Part shown: piece after piece, positions 62,890 to 64,000 of the stretch
Layout of the letters: the number at the start of each line of letters is the position of its first letter
Numbering within the stretch: position 1 is the stretch's first letter
Assembly: GCA_026770705.1 (NCBI GenBank)
Contig: JANJGN010000041.1
Location: forward strand, 5,022,001 to 5,086,000
Length of the DNA: 64,000 nt
Direction of reading: 5' to 3'
From: Isurus oxyrinchus
Lineage: Eukaryota
Position numbers and translations under genes: made by a program
The notes under the pieces: model-generated
What the model saw: only the letters and a program-made list of their open reading frames with translations
Databases searched by the model: none
Told to the model about the DNA's origin: nothing

Positions 62890-64000
62890 ATTTTTAATTA
62901 GTTCAATGATTGGAAGAGCTGAATATCTGACATTTCTAGGACATAATTTCACAATTCCAGCACTGCATAACGGTCTGTCACTGGGTGGAATGAATCAATG
63001 CAAACTTCCTGAATTTTAACATTGAACTTAACGTTTTCAGTGGATAGGGGTGGAAACTGGGGTGGGGCTGTTGGGGTGGAGGGACTGCTTTAAGTTGGAA
63101 TTGAGAAGTCTTAAATTACTAGGAGTTTCCTGAGTTCTCTCAATGAATTTAACATTTCCAGCTGGCACGGGGGAATGGGGGTAGGATGGGGGTGTCTTGT
63201 GCATTCAATGGGTCCGTTTCAATGGAACCGAATCACTCAAAGCTTCCAGTATTTTCTCCTTTCATTGCTTTTGAATTGAGGAAAATTCTTCTCATTGGGA
63301 GAACAAATACACCACGATTTTCCAGAATTAAAGCATTTTCTCTTATTTATAGCTGTGGGGGTGGAGTGGTGGAGGGAGGGGGCGAGGGGAGGCCGTGAAT
63401 GTTACCTCACTGACCAACTACTCCCATCCAATTGGCCGATTGTAAAGCCTATCGTCCCCTCCGCCACACAGGAACGGAAGGTAATAAAGCTCAAGCCATT
63501 TGCACACTTCCATTGCCCACAAGACATGTCCATTATCCTTCTCTCTCGTACTGATTGAACAGAAAACTAAGCCACTGATAGCCTACTTCCAAAATCGCCG
63601 ATGCAACTGTCCACTGTTTCTCATTGATTGGACAGGAATCCTCCATCCAACACGTGATTGGAAGCCAAAATGGAATGCCGGAGTGGAACGTGGTGAGGTC
63701 TTGTCAGAGGAGGACTCGTCGCAGCATACAATTCAAGTAACCAACAACGGCAGTAGGAACACAAACTGAAAGTGAGGTATCAGCAGAAATTAGTGCATGG
63801 CAGCAGCACAGCTCACACTGAATTCTATTGTTTATAAAGGAAGTGGGTATCAATTCATCTGCAGAAAGAGAGCGGCGTTGTAGTGGATTTGGTGTGTGTG
63901 TGTGCGGGGCAAGACGGCACAACTGGACCTCGATCTCCCTAAAAGAAATGCAGATTGACATACAAAAAGAGGGAGCGAGAGAGAGGCATGTTGCTTAACA

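Overview
Vertebrate genomic DNA, most likely a cartilaginous fish (inferred from the repeat types and the receptor family). The window is mostly transposon-derived and has two assembly gaps (2572-2753, 47194-47327). It holds a local cluster of four GPR139/GPR142-like class A GPCR paralogues. Copy D is an apparently intact two-exon gene (58752-58926 joined to 62012-62889, 350 aa). The other three are pseudogenes: A (minus-strand exon 2, ~508-1389), B (7379-13280, split by a full-length CR1 LINE and a SINE) and C (orphan exon 1, 16018-16711). Their extracellular N-termini are built from a 42-bp/14-aa glycosylation repeat that varies from about 2 to 10 copies. Copies B and D also share a promoter block. 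Manual reading further shows a decayed C-type lectin gene (~3.6-6.0 kb) and a decayed intronless GPCR of another family (~25.6-26.6 kb). The remainder is CR1 and L2-like LINEs, SINEs, a Penelope-like GIY-YIG element, a Gmr1-type Gypsy element, a probable BEL/Pao relic, a Harbinger transposase relic and several minisatellites. All calls come from hand translation and motif recall; no database search was run, and repeat boundaries are approximate.
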